Translations under genes and position numbers: made by a program
Notes under the pieces: generated by a model
Told to the model about the DNA's origin: nothing
Database searches by the model: none
What the model saw: the letters and a program-made list of their open reading frames with translations, nothing else
Shown: positions 20,791 through 30,980 of the stretch, in pieces
How the letters are laid out: each line of letters begins with the position of its first letter
How positions within the stretch are numbered: the stretch's first letter is position 1
Sequence record: NZ_CP090008.1
Source of the DNA: a plasmid
Strand: one strand, 5' to 3'
DNA length: 64,000 nt

Positions 20791-20920
20791 TTATGATTTA
20801 GAGATTATTTATACTAGTTAAATCTAAAAAAAACATACAATTTTGTATGATATAATAGGTCTAAAAATATAAGTGGTAAACGTGTAGTTAATTACTATCA
20901 GTGTTGAGAGGAGGGAGAAT

Positions 20921-21904
20921 ATGTCGAAACAGAAAGATAAATATCTAACACTAAGAAGTCAATTACCAGAACTAATAGACGAATATATAGCTTACCTTCA
21001 AGTAGATGTTGAAGAACCTTCTCCCAAAATGGTCGAACGTTTGTCAGTGATTCAGAAATTTTTAAATAGCTATGCAATTACGATTGATAAAGAGGGTGTC
21101 TCACTATCATTGACAGACTTAGAAAAAATACCACGAGAATTTGTTCAAAATTATTTGGCAAATTTACGTCTGAAACCAGCGGGAAAAAGATTTATTCTCT
21201 ATACTTTGGCAGGATTTTGGAATTATCTTACGAATACCTCTTTTACAATTGAGAGAGGGATGCCGTTGTTTTATCGTAACGTGTTTAATGAATGGAAGAT
21301 AGTTTATAAAGAGAGTTATCACAACATAATATATTCTGAATCAAAGAAGAAGACTATTTTGTATACGCAGCAAGAGCTCGAAGAGTTGCTTGATTTCATG
21401 GCAAACAGTTATGTTACAACGCTACCAACTCAGAAGAAGGCTGATAATTGGGAAAAGGAGAAGGAGCGAAATATTGCTATATTTGCAATCATAATTGGTA
21501 CTGGAGCAAGTACTCAAGAAGTTGTTAACTTGACAGTCAGGGATATTGATATGCGTAAAAAAGGAATTTGGGTTGTTAGAAACAACGAGAAACAGTTTAT
21601 ACGTTTTCTACCCTTCACAGTTCCTTACATAGCTCCATTTGTTAAGGAACGCCGGGGACGCTGGGATTTGGATCCTTCTATACCATCATTATTTTTAACC
21701 ATGTTGAAAAAGCCTATGGGAAGAAATACAATAGGTCATTTGGCAAAGAACATTGGACATGCTTATGGAAAGGTAATCACGCCTAGTATTTTAAAAGACA
21801 GCCACGCCTCTATTGTCTATAAAGAGACAGGTGATATTAAGAAAGTTGCTGAAATACAAGGCTATAGTTTAGACAAGAATCACCTCATAAGATTTATCGA
21901 ATAA
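20921..21904 (+). CDS. Tyrosine-recombinase (phage-integrase) family protein with apparently divergent catalytic residues (327 aa)
   Basis: Overall architecture and a box I-like 'LTVRDID' are present. The C-terminal region 'ILKDSHASIVYKETGDIKKVAEIQGYS' lacks the canonical HxxR...GHS residues. Confidence 0.4.
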   Translation: MSKQKDKYLTLRSQLPELIDEYIAYLQVDVEEPSPKMVERLSVIQKFLNSYAITIDKEGVSLSLTDLEKIPREFVQNYLANLRLKPAGKRFILYTLAGFWNYLTNTSFTIERGMPLFYRNVFNEWKIVYKESYHNIIYSESKKKTILYTQQELEELLDFMANSYVTTLPTQKKADNWEKEKERNIAIFAIIIGTGASTQEVVNLTVRDIDMRKKGIWVVRNNEKQFIRFLPFTVPYIAPFVKERRGRWDLDPSIPSLFLTMLKKPMGRNTIGHLAKNIGHAYGKVITPSILKDSHASIVYKETGDIKKVAEIQGYSLDKNHLIRFIE

Positions 21905-21923
21905 TAATATTGATAAAATCCTA

Positions 21924-21952
21924 TATTAGTAAAAGGCCACTTGAGGCCTTTT
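21924..21952 (+). terminator. Rho-independent terminator
   Basis: aaaaggcc-acttga-ggccttttt hairpin followed by a T-run. Confidence 0.5.
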
Positions 21953-22021
21953 TGATGTCACTGGGTTACGAATAGAGACTCCTGTGTCTATAATGAATTT
22001 ATAGAGATTTAAGGAGGTCTT

Positions 22022-22927
22022 ATGCTAAAAAAAAGCAATGAAAAAAGAGGTTGTCTTGGCAATCTGATTTGGATACCGATATCTATTATTGTTATGTTTT
22101 GTATAGCTGGATATGGTATGTCCCAAGGAATTAATGTACCTGGTATTTTATCTAGTGGCTTTAATGTTATTAGTAAAGGGGAGCATGCCAATTCAAGTGA
22201 TGTCGGAAAATTATTTGGGAGATTTATTCCCAAGTCAGAATCTTCGGAAACAGGAAACAGTTCTTCTAAAACAAGTGGTGTAAAGTCTGATGCTTTCAAC
22301 TACAGTCCATTGCCTTTTGAAAACCATAAGCTAATGGTCAATGGAGATTTGGATAGTCTTGGTAGAGCAACATATGGTCACATCAGACTAAAGTATTCGG
22401 ATAAACCACAAGATGATAGGGAAAGTAAAATTAATGTTGATCCAGTCGGTTGGCATAACTATCGTTTTAAGTACGAAGATGAGTCTGGAAAAGTCAAAAA
22501 AGCTTATCTGATGAATCGTGGCCATCTTATTGGTTATCAGTTTTCTGGATTGAATTCTGAAATTAAAAATCTAGTACCTATGACACGCTATTTGAATGCA
22601 GGAACGATGTCTGATAGTAAAACGGATGCTAATAATCCAAACGGTATGCTATACTACGAAAATGCACTAGCCAAATGGTTGAAGAAAAACCAAAATATGT
22701 ACTTAGATTATTGTGTTGTTGCAAACTATACTGACAATGAGTTAGTACCTAGGACTGTGACGCTTTACTGGACATCCTTTGATGAAAATGGGACTCAATA
22801 TGGAGTTGAACTATCAGAAGCAGGATTAGCAACGAGTGATGGAAATGTGAGTTCGGTCACACTTCAGAATGTTTCAAAGAATGCTAATATTAACTACTTA
22901 GATGGTACAGCCACAAGTAATTACTAA
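22022..22927 (+). CDS. Secreted or membrane-anchored DNA/RNA non-specific endonuclease (EndA/NucA family)
   Basis: N-terminal hydrophobic signal/anchor segment; active-site region 'MNRGHLIGYQFSG' (the RGH motif of the DNA/RNA non-specific endonuclease family). Confidence 0.65.
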   Translation: MLKKSNEKRGCLGNLIWIPISIIVMFCIAGYGMSQGINVPGILSSGFNVISKGEHANSSDVGKLFGRFIPKSESSETGNSSSKTSGVKSDAFNYSPLPFENHKLMVNGDLDSLGRATYGHIRLKYSDKPQDDRESKINVDPVGWHNYRFKYEDESGKVKKAYLMNRGHLIGYQFSGLNSEIKNLVPMTRYLNAGTMSDSKTDANNPNGMLYYENALAKWLKKNQNMYLDYCVVANYTDNELVPRTVTLYWTSFDENGTQYGVELSEAGLATSDGNVSSVTLQNVSKNANINYLDGTATSNY

Positions 22928-23046
22928 CATTGACTATAGAATGTTTTATGCTAAAATAAGAATCAGCGTAAGCGTTTGAACAACAAAAAGGGGGGGTATA
23001 GCCTCTTTTTTGTTGATATAATGGATTTTTAAAGATATCTCTTGAT

Positions 23047-23271
23047 TTGTTGCTCTCTAGCCTTGCATTGATATCAAAAATCTATATAATAATAATTAAA
23101 ACAGAGCCAGAAGAAAGGGTGAGAATTATGTTTATGATCTTGGTTCTATTACTAACATTAGCGAGTTTCTTCTATGTTGCCATCGGTATTGCCAAGAAAA
23201 TCTTTTCAATTTTCGCCTTAATTACACCAATTATAGTCTTGGGTGTTGGGCTTCTTATCGCTATGAATTAA
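23047..23271 (+). CDS. small membrane protein (74 aa)
   Basis: Two predicted transmembrane segments; followed by the hairpin 'ggtcactatcttacaggtagtgacc' plus T-run at 23285-23320. Confidence 0.4.
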   Translation: MLLSSLALISKIYIIIIKTEPEERVRIMFMILVLLLTLASFFYVAIGIAKKIFSIFALITPIIVLGVGLLIAMN

Positions 23272-23304
23272 CAAAAGTCAAGGGGGGTCACTATCTTACA
23301 GGTA

Positions 23305-24690
23305 GTGACCTTTTTTGTTATGCTTTTAATGTCAAAAAAGACATTAAAGGAGAAACATATGAAAGCACTTAAACTTATAAGAGAGGACGGTTATGAGAAC
23401 GTCCATTATGCTAGTTTAGGGGAGCAAAAATTTAAAACATTGGTTGTTGCTGATAGAAAAGATGAACAAGAACAATGGTTTGAGCAACCAGAAATTGAAT
23501 GTGTCCCAGAGGAAGTCTCAGATATCATTCGAAACTACACACTCCCATATATTGATCTTGGAAATACTGAAGATGAGTATTTGTTAGAACAAGCAACTAA
23601 TAAGGTTGTATCAGTTGTGGTAGAGAATGTACTTGAAACACAGCCATTTATTCCGAGAAATAGAAATGGTCGCCCTATCGGTGAAGGTGTCGCTTTCTGC
23701 GATATGTTAGTAGGGCGTGTTCAGAATGGAGAACTTGCTGGAACAACAGTTTATATTAAGCAAACAGAATCTGGCTTCCGCCAACCAAAAGACTTCTTTA
23801 AAATGGTTGGGCGTATTTTCCCTTGCAAATTAACTGAAATTCATATCCAAACTATCGACAATTATAAACTAACGATTAATAACCCATCAAACTATGTTGT
23901 TGAAGGTAGTATTGAGTTAGCTGAGTGGTTAACTAATTACCAGCTTCTTCAGCAAATTGAAAAGAGTAAAGATAACTCTTCTCGTAATCGAGATAGAAAA
24001 AACATCTTGGAACGTACTCATGAAGGTATTGTATCTGCCGTGATTAACAATGGTAGCAATGCAGGTATCATGGTAATGACCAAAAAATTACAAACGGTAT
24101 TTATTCCAAAACATAGGGTAAGTTATGAGTGTGATTCTTCATTTGTTAACCTAGACGAAGTAGTATCAGTCTTTGATAGGGTGGAATTTAAAATTACTGG
24201 GGCCAATACCCAAAAACCAAGTCCAAATCAAAGAGAACGTCACATTATTCATGACTATATTCGTATCGAGGGAGATATGAAAGTTCTCGAAGAAGCACCT
24301 CAAGATGCTTTGATTGAGATGATTGATAATAAGAAAGTCATAGGACGATTGTTTAAAGTGCGATTTATCAGTTTTGATCCACAGAGTCTACATACAGTAG
24401 AGTTGGTTGACTTTCCAGGTATCAAAATAAAAATGAAGGACTCAGGTTCTTTAAATCGAGTTCCTTTTAAGCAAGGAGATGAAATTTCAGTTGTTATTCA
24501 AGATGCTCATTATCGCTGGGTAGACGCAAATAGCAGGGGGCGTCGAGTGGCTAAAAAAACTGAAGAAGTGAGCAGTAATTCACAGAATACGGAAGAGAAA
24601 AAATGTCTGTTTCGTATCAAATCACGTTTCAATAGTTTCTATCCAAATCGTGTGAACAGTAAAATCTTATCAACATTTTTTACTAGTTGA
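23305..24690 (+). CDS. hypothetical protein (true start probably ATG ~23359, 'MKALKLIREDG')
   Basis: Long ORF; RBS aaggag before the internal ATG. Confidence 0.45.
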   Translation: MTFFVMLLMSKKTLKEKHMKALKLIREDGYENVHYASLGEQKFKTLVVADRKDEQEQWFEQPEIECVPEEVSDIIRNYTLPYIDLGNTEDEYLLEQATNKVVSVVVENVLETQPFIPRNRNGRPIGEGVAFCDMLVGRVQNGELAGTTVYIKQTESGFRQPKDFFKMVGRIFPCKLTEIHIQTIDNYKLTINNPSNYVVEGSIELAEWLTNYQLLQQIEKSKDNSSRNRDRKNILERTHEGIVSAVINNGSNAGIMVMTKKLQTVFIPKHRVSYECDSSFVNLDEVVSVFDRVEFKITGANTQKPSPNQRERHIIHDYIRIEGDMKVLEEAPQDALIEMIDNKKVIGRLFKVRFISFDPQSLHTVELVDFPGIKIKMKDSGSLNRVPFKQGDEISVVIQDAHYRWVDANSRGRRVAKKTEEVSSNSQNTEEKKCLFRIKSRFNSFYPNRVNSKILSTFFTS

Positions 24691-24764
24691 GTCGCATATA
24701 GTTCCCTCTGAAATGGGAACTTTTTGTTTACGTTCGGAACAGAAAAATTTAACAAGGAGGGATC

Positions 24765-25253
24765 ATGAATCATCACAATATCAATGCTATTGTCTATTAT
24801 CTGATAGTCTTTATTCGCTATGTCTTACCTATTACCTTGGTCTTCATCGGTATCGGTAGGTGGAGTTATGCTAAATCTATCAATAATCCAGAGAAACAAA
24901 TTATGGGAGTAAATTTTGCTTTAAAATCAATTTTATTCTTATATATCGTTACATTTATCCCTATTTTCATCATCTATGGACTCGCAATGATATCAAAGGG
25001 AGGCACACATAGTGGTGACTTCTCTATGATTAGTTTCGTAGAGGTCTTTACCCTAATAGAAATTCTAGCAGTTGGAATATTACCTGCATATGGTTTCATA
25101 CAGGGATACATATATCACTATCAATGGTTGATTACAGAAGGTAAGAAAACAACAAGCTTACCTCGACGAAATCTATTCATTAGACTTGGAATAATAAGTC
25201 CGATTGCTATTGTTGTATTTATGGAATTCTTGAAAAGAATGTTTGCTTACTAG
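24765..25253 (+). CDS. integral membrane protein (162 aa)
   Basis: Four hydrophobic segments. Confidence 0.45.
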   Translation: MNHHNINAIVYYLIVFIRYVLPITLVFIGIGRWSYAKSINNPEKQIMGVNFALKSILFLYIVTFIPIFIIYGLAMISKGGTHSGDFSMISFVEVFTLIEILAVGILPAYGFIQGYIYHYQWLITEGKKTTSLPRRNLFIRLGIISPIAIVVFMEFLKRMFAY

Positions 25254-25264
25254 AGAGGTGCTTT

Positions 25265-28200
25265 ATGCGGAAGATCTTGAAATTATTTTTTAATCGTTAT
25301 TATACAAATGGTAAGCGAACTATAGATATCTTATTGTATTGTTGGCGAAAATATATTGATTGGGTATATCATATATCTTTTGGATTATTTGCTTTCAATA
25401 TTATTATGTTTATCTTTAGATGGCGTTTACCTAATTGGGTATTTATATCTTTATTTATATTTTTGTTCGTTAATATGGCTTTAGTTTTATACATTGGTGT
25501 ATGGCACAGTAATGTTACAAGTCGTCAAATTTTCGTGTTATTTAAAAAATATGATACCTTAAAACGAGCAGAACGAAAGAAGATTATTGGTAAGTATGCT
25601 ATAAGAGCAGCACTAGCAGCAGTACTTATATCTTCTGGATTATATGTATTAACAATCAATAACTTTATCTTATCCCTCATCAATCGTATGTATGATGTAG
25701 CAGATAATTATCTCAAATATATGCCCTGGTCAATACCAAATGGAAGTCAGACAGGTATTGTATTAAGTTATCATACCCTCAAACCTTTAATAGGAGCTGA
25801 CTGGTTTAACAGTTTATTATTGTTGACTCCGATTGGAGCAATTGGTCTTATTTTTTATAATAGTTATGCGACTGGGATTGCTGAAAAAACCTATGAGAAA
25901 CTTGTTGAGCAATGGTTAGGAGGACGTTACTTCCAAGACAGTGTATTAAGTAATATTGTTCATAATCAAGATGAAAAAGGTCAAGCGAATTTGGTTATGG
26001 GACTTAACTCTAAAACTGGAGAGCAAGTGATTTTACATGCTAATGAGAGGACTTATCACACTATTATCTTTGGTTTGATTGGTACTGGTAAATCGGCAAC
26101 GATTCTGATTCCAGCAATGCTACAGGATATGGAAAATATGAAATACTATCTATTATCCTATCGTAAGTATTTGATGAAAGTAGATGAAGAACTGGAACAA
26201 GAATTCTTTAGCACAGAGTTTGAACGTAAGAAAAAAAGACGTGAATTGTTGGAGCAGTGGTATAACAATGGTTATGCTGCAGAGCTTACAAATGGTATTT
26301 ATATGACTGAACCATCAGGTTCGATGTATGGCACAATTGTTAAGTATGCTCATAAAATGGGCTTTCCTGATGAAATGATTTGGACTCTAGATCCTACTAA
26401 CCCAGGAACTGGTGCAATTAATATTTTGGATGGAGATACTACTCAGGTAAAAGGGGCTGTTCGAGACTTATTTAAACGATTTAGTGATCCAAGTGGGACT
26501 GGTTCTTCTTTCTTCCTTAACCAAGAAGGGCAACTTACTGATAATATCATTACGGTCATTAAAGAGGTAGCGTTGATACCAGATGCTCCAATAAACTACA
26601 TGTTAAAAGGTAAGTCTCCAACACTAACTGAATTCTCAAATATGTTACGTTCTAGTGATTGGATTGAAGCCTATATTGTTGTTTTTGAACAATTACTCAA
26701 TCGAAAGAAAAGGCTTTTTGAAGAAACGCTGAAAAAGCATGAAGAGTTCTTAGAGCAGGAAAAAGAAAAGTGGTTAGAGGAATCAGAGTACAATCGTGAA
26801 CACGAACAACTCTTTGATACTATCCTTAGACCAGAGAATGTTCATGAAGCTATAAACGCATTTAATGATGAAAGAAATAAACTTGAAAACCTCCAAAGCT
26901 CTTATGATTATTTCATCAATGCTCATCAATTAAATTCGTACACAGAGGAATATTATTATACCTTTGACGCTAACGTTTCTGGTCTAAAAGCAGTTATTGA
27001 TGACCTATCATCTTCACCAGAAATTCGCCGTGTATTTTTCTCTCAAAGTACCAAAGATTTAGATATTGTTTTAAAAACGGGTGGAATGATTTTGGTCAAT
27101 TCTGCTAAAGGTGTTCTTGGTAAAGAAAAGTCTCGAATGGTAGCACAGATGGTAACATTAGTAATGCAAAATGCTGCTCAAAGACGTCTTCCAGATAAGT
27201 CTCCTTTCTTTGCCTTTTATGAAGATGAAAAGAATGGTTATTTGATGCCAGGTAATGATAGTAACTTCCTAGATGAGTCTCGTAAGTTCCATGTTCCAGT
27301 TATGCATGCTTATCAACATGACGAACAAATTAGAGATTCTATTGGCGAATCTGGGGCTGATGCAATCAAGATGTCTTATCGTAATGCCTTTACCTTCCAA
27401 CAAACCTCAACAAAGGTTGTAGAGTTCATTAATCTACGTTCAGGAGGAAAACATTATGCTCTTAAAGAAACCAAACGTGCAGCAAACGATGATCTCTTAG
27501 CAGGAAATCAGGGGAACTCAAGTGCGACTTCAGAGGAAGTAGTAGAAGAAGATAACTTCACTGCTAGAGATGCAAATAACCTAGAGAAATTCCAAGTTGG
27601 TGGTGTTATCGTCAGTGATGATGAAGTATCAAATATGATTTATTTGACAACATCTCCGCATTTTGAAATGGATATTTCAAAGGACTCTTTTGTCTCACAT
27701 ACACCTTTCAATAAGGTTTATGGGCTTGGAGAGGAAGAACCGGAAATTGCAAAAGCATACAAGTTGTGGAGAGCAGAAGTGGTAGAATATTATGCTCAAA
27801 AAGAGTCTGAAAGCCACCTCTATGAAAGTGATTTTACTGAAGAAGAATGGCAAGCAATCATGGATGTTAGGGTGCCAAATGTTGATAGTAATGTAAATGA
27901 TACAGTTGGTAAAAAAGATGATTCCCCATCAGTTAAAAGAACAATATTAGTCAACGAGAGTATAACAGAACATAGAGAAAGTACTTCAATTAGTGAAGTG
28001 GTAACAGAGGATATTGAGCAAAAAGAGGAGGTCAATAACTCAGAAATTCCTCCATTTGTTGAAGAAAAACAAACTGTAAATAGCAAAAATGATATTGGTG
28101 AGTTAAAGGATAAAGAAATAACTCAAAGAGTGATCCTAGCTCCATCATCTACACCCGAAACAGTTGATACTCAAAATATTCAAGCACCTAATCAAGAGTT

Positions 28201-28303
28201 TGAATTACCTCAAGAACTCTCTCGTGTAGCTCGTGAGAAAGCAACTAGAACTTTAGAAAGTAATGTAGAACAAATGGATATTGATGAAGAAGAAGGGTTT
28301 TAG
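25265..28303 (+). CDS. Type IV secretion coupling-protein-like membrane ATPase (VirD4/TraG/TcpA-like), 1012 aa
   Basis: N-terminal transmembrane region, then Walker A 'GLIGTGKSATILIPAML'. Large, with an acidic C-terminal tail, and set in a context of conjugation genes. Confidence 0.5.
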   Translation: MRKILKLFFNRYYTNGKRTIDILLYCWRKYIDWVYHISFGLFAFNIIMFIFRWRLPNWVFISLFIFLFVNMALVLYIGVWHSNVTSRQIFVLFKKYDTLKRAERKKIIGKYAIRAALAAVLISSGLYVLTINNFILSLINRMYDVADNYLKYMPWSIPNGSQTGIVLSYHTLKPLIGADWFNSLLLLTPIGAIGLIFYNSYATGIAEKTYEKLVEQWLGGRYFQDSVLSNIVHNQDEKGQANLVMGLNSKTGEQVILHANERTYHTIIFGLIGTGKSATILIPAMLQDMENMKYYLLSYRKYLMKVDEELEQEFFSTEFERKKKRRELLEQWYNNGYAAELTNGIYMTEPSGSMYGTIVKYAHKMGFPDEMIWTLDPTNPGTGAINILDGDTTQVKGAVRDLFKRFSDPSGTGSSFFLNQEGQLTDNIITVIKEVALIPDAPINYMLKGKSPTLTEFSNMLRSSDWIEAYIVVFEQLLNRKKRLFEETLKKHEEFLEQEKEKWLEESEYNREHEQLFDTILRPENVHEAINAFNDERNKLENLQSSYDYFINAHQLNSYTEEYYYTFDANVSGLKAVIDDLSSSPEIRRVFFSQSTKDLDIVLKTGGMILVNSAKGVLGKEKSRMVAQMVTLVMQNAAQRRLPDKSPFFAFYEDEKNGYLMPGNDSNFLDESRKFHVPVMHAYQHDEQIRDSIGESGADAIKMSYRNAFTFQQTSTKVVEFINLRSGGKHYALKETKRAANDDLLAGNQGNSSATSEEVVEEDNFTARDANNLEKFQVGGVIVSDDEVSNMIYLTTSPHFEMDISKDSFVSHTPFNKVYGLGEEEPEIAKAYKLWRAEVVEYYAQKESESHLYESDFTEEEWQAIMDVRVPNVDSNVNDTVGKKDDSPSVKRTILVNESITEHRESTSISEVVTEDIEQKEEVNNSEIPPFVEEKQTVNSKNDIGELKDKEITQRVILAPSSTPETVDTQNIQAPNQEFELPQELSRVAREKATRTLESNVEQMDIDEEEGF

Positions 28304-28342
28304 ACAACATAATAAGCAACGGAAATTTCCGTTGCTTTTGTT
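28304..28342. terminator. Bidirectional rho-independent terminator
   Basis: 'aagcaacggaaatttccgttgctt' hairpin between convergent genes. Confidence 0.5.
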
Positions 28343-28651
28343 CTAATTTTGAGAGTCATTATACGTTTCTTTATTAGTCTTCTCAGCATCCTTTCTTGCT
28401 TTTTCTTCTGCTCTTTTTCTCTTAATTTCCTCTTTTTCTTCTTTGACCTTATTTTGTGTTTCAACAACTAAATCATCAATAGATAAATCTGGATTTTCTA
28501 GTTTTTTCAATTCAAAATAGATTTGCCCTAGTTTATCAGTTTGTGATTTTTGATAAGCTTTAAGTTGCTCTGTAGCTTCTTTCTTTTGTTGTTCTAAGGC
28601 TTCAAGTTCCTTGATAAAATCTGATTCAGTTTTTTTGTTTTTTCCTGCCAT
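28343..28651 (-). CDS. small Lys/Glu-rich coiled-coil protein (102 aa)
   Basis: ORF; low-complexity charged sequence. Confidence 0.4.
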   Translation of the reverse strand: MAGKNKKTESDFIKELEALEQQKKEATEQLKAYQKSQTDKLGQIYFELKKLENPDLSIDDLVVETQNKVKEEKEEIKRKRAEEKARKDAEKTNKETYNDSQN

Positions 28652-29191
28652 AATTTGCTCCTTAATTATTAATTATGTCTAATAGTATAGAGCAAGAATA
28701 TTAAAAGTCAACCCATGTCACTCCCTTGAAAATAACCTATTCTAGGGTATACTGAACACTATAGCGACCTATTATAAATGAATCCTAAATGTAGTTATTA
28801 AGTGCTTAAAACCCCATAAAACCGGTTGTTACGAGTATTATGTAATAACCAGATTTTATAAATGAAAGTACAGAGAGAACAAAAGTCTAAGAGTTTACTG
28901 TATTTATAGGGTTGATGACTAATATTAGAAACTCGTAAATCATAAATGAGTAAATAGTGGCTACTATATAGCTAGAATAAACCATGTTTTTTAGGGATTA
29001 TCGTTATAAAAATAAACTACGACGTTATGAATGAGAGGAGATGAAAGTATCAATCAACATTTTACGGGTACAAAGGAATGTTTGAGCAGGTCTATATCAA
29101 AGGCTAAGCATAACTTTAAAAATAATAGCTATACTCTTCGAAAAAAGACCAGACTATATACCCTATTGATTGACTATTTTAGGACTACAAA

Positions 29192-30460
29192 ATGCAAGAT
29201 ATAAAATATAGAGATTTTACCTCACTTATTTCAAATAAAAAAAATAAAATTCATTACACTCAGAGAGATAAAATAGCTTCTTATTTTGTTTCAAAAAAGC
29301 AAAATACCTCACTGTCGTTTTCAGAAGAGGAGCTTATCATCTTTTATCATTTACTAAGGTTTAGTTATTTTGATAAGGAAATAGTAGACCTCATTTATAC
29401 TGCAGTAACTCGAAAATCCAAAACCCCTAATTCATGGTTTTATCGTCTTGTTGGAAAGGTGAATCATCCTATTTCAGCATGTTCGGATGCTAGAAGCGGT
29501 AAGAGAAAGATATATTATCTGAACAAAGGTTTTAGTACCTGGTTGCTTACTATGATTAAGGGGATTGATAAAATACGGTTGCTAACGACAACGACAGAAT
29601 ATGATAGGTCAGTATATAGCATTGTCAGTAATAATCTTCTAGGAGGGAAACCTCAAACCGTAAATATTCATGATCTAGAGACCAGACGATTAGTTGCTAA
29701 AATCTTAAACAAGCTTTTCTTTAAAAACCAAGACAAGTCTGTATATGACCTAAACATACAAGTCGTATTTCCTATTAGTCGGGTTAATCTTTTATTGGTT
29801 CCTGATGCTGTTGTATTTGTGAACGATAACCCTTTTTTTATTGAGTATGACCGAGCAACAGAACGTCAAACAATTCTACTTTCTAAAATATTTGGTTATG
29901 CAGAAGAACCAGCATTCGAAAATTCTAGTTTATTTTTCGTTTTCGAGAATAGTCGTAAAGATAATACGCAAGTATCTAAACGTTTAATGAACTTTTTGGA
30001 ATATGTAAATGAGGTTGAGGTTGAAGGTGTGACTGGACATGACATGTTAAAGCGTAAAAATATTTCTTTATTCAGTCAAACAACAACAAATGCTTCTGAC
30101 GTTATTGTCGAAATCATTCAAGAAAAGATGTTTTCAAATCATAAAGATTGGTGTGATTGCGAGGCTTATGATTTTTCTGAACTGCAGAAAATAGATTATC
30201 TTGTAAAGGAGATATCAGAACCTTTAGATGATGATAAATTCCAGTTATCAGCTGTTGTTGAAACAGACTCTTGGGAATTGAAAGAGTACCCTATGGTACC
30301 TATGGCATATATCAAAAATGACTTGATTTCACACTTAACTAGTCTCTATGAAGAATTCTCAATAGAGTATGAACATATGATCATTGTATTCCCAAAAGAA
30401 GTTCTACCAGAAAAAATAAAACTCCCTTTTGATGATTATTTCTTGATTGTTTATAGATAG
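29192..30460 (+). CDS. hypothetical protein (422 aa)
   Basis: ORF only. Confidence 0.45.
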   Translation: MQDIKYRDFTSLISNKKNKIHYTQRDKIASYFVSKKQNTSLSFSEEELIIFYHLLRFSYFDKEIVDLIYTAVTRKSKTPNSWFYRLVGKVNHPISACSDARSGKRKIYYLNKGFSTWLLTMIKGIDKIRLLTTTTEYDRSVYSIVSNNLLGGKPQTVNIHDLETRRLVAKILNKLFFKNQDKSVYDLNIQVVFPISRVNLLLVPDAVVFVNDNPFFIEYDRATERQTILLSKIFGYAEEPAFENSSLFFVFENSRKDNTQVSKRLMNFLEYVNEVEVEGVTGHDMLKRKNISLFSQTTTNASDVIVEIIQEKMFSNHKDWCDCEAYDFSELQKIDYLVKEISEPLDDDKFQLSAVVETDSWELKEYPMVPMAYIKNDLISHLTSLYEEFSIEYEHMIIVFPKEVLPEKIKLPFDDYFLIVYR

Positions 30461-30477
30461 AGTAAAGGTATTTGTAA

Positions 30478-30840
30478 ATGGATTATTTGGAATACTTAGG
30501 AAGAAGACTTGTATGGTTAGTTGTTTCGCTTGTAGTTGTAATCGTAGTAAAAAGACCAAGAATTTTGAAAAGGCTAGCCATAGTTAGTGATGTAGCTATT
30601 GGAAAAATCAACTACTTTGTTTTTCCAGCAATTGCTTGTTTGGTTCTTGTCACTTATTTTATTTTGTACTTGTTTATGGTAGTTACTTTTTTCCTATCAT
30701 GGCGTTCTCTATCACTGAATAACGTGATGGAAATTATTTTACAAACGGTATTAATCAGCCCAACACTCTATACTTTATTTGTCCCACATAACGAGGTTAT
30801 CATGAGAGTTGATGAATTCATATCAGCGAAAGAAGAATAA
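30478..30840 (+). CDS. membrane protein (120 aa)
   Basis: Hydrophobic segments. Confidence 0.4.
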   Translation: MDYLEYLGRRLVWLVVSLVVVIVVKRPRILKRLAIVSDVAIGKINYFVFPAIACLVLVTYFILYLFMVVTFFLSWRSLSLNNVMEIILQTVLISPTLYTLFVPHNEVIMRVDEFISAKEE

Positions 30841-30980
30841 ATAACGCGCAGCAACTGTAACACATAATCATTCTCTCAACTATTTAAAAGTATGTAAGAA
30901 AGTCACATGATAGTTTGAATTTGTTGTAAGTATCTGGTGGTGTTTTAAAGATAAAAAAGATTGAAAGGTAACGGTAATTA

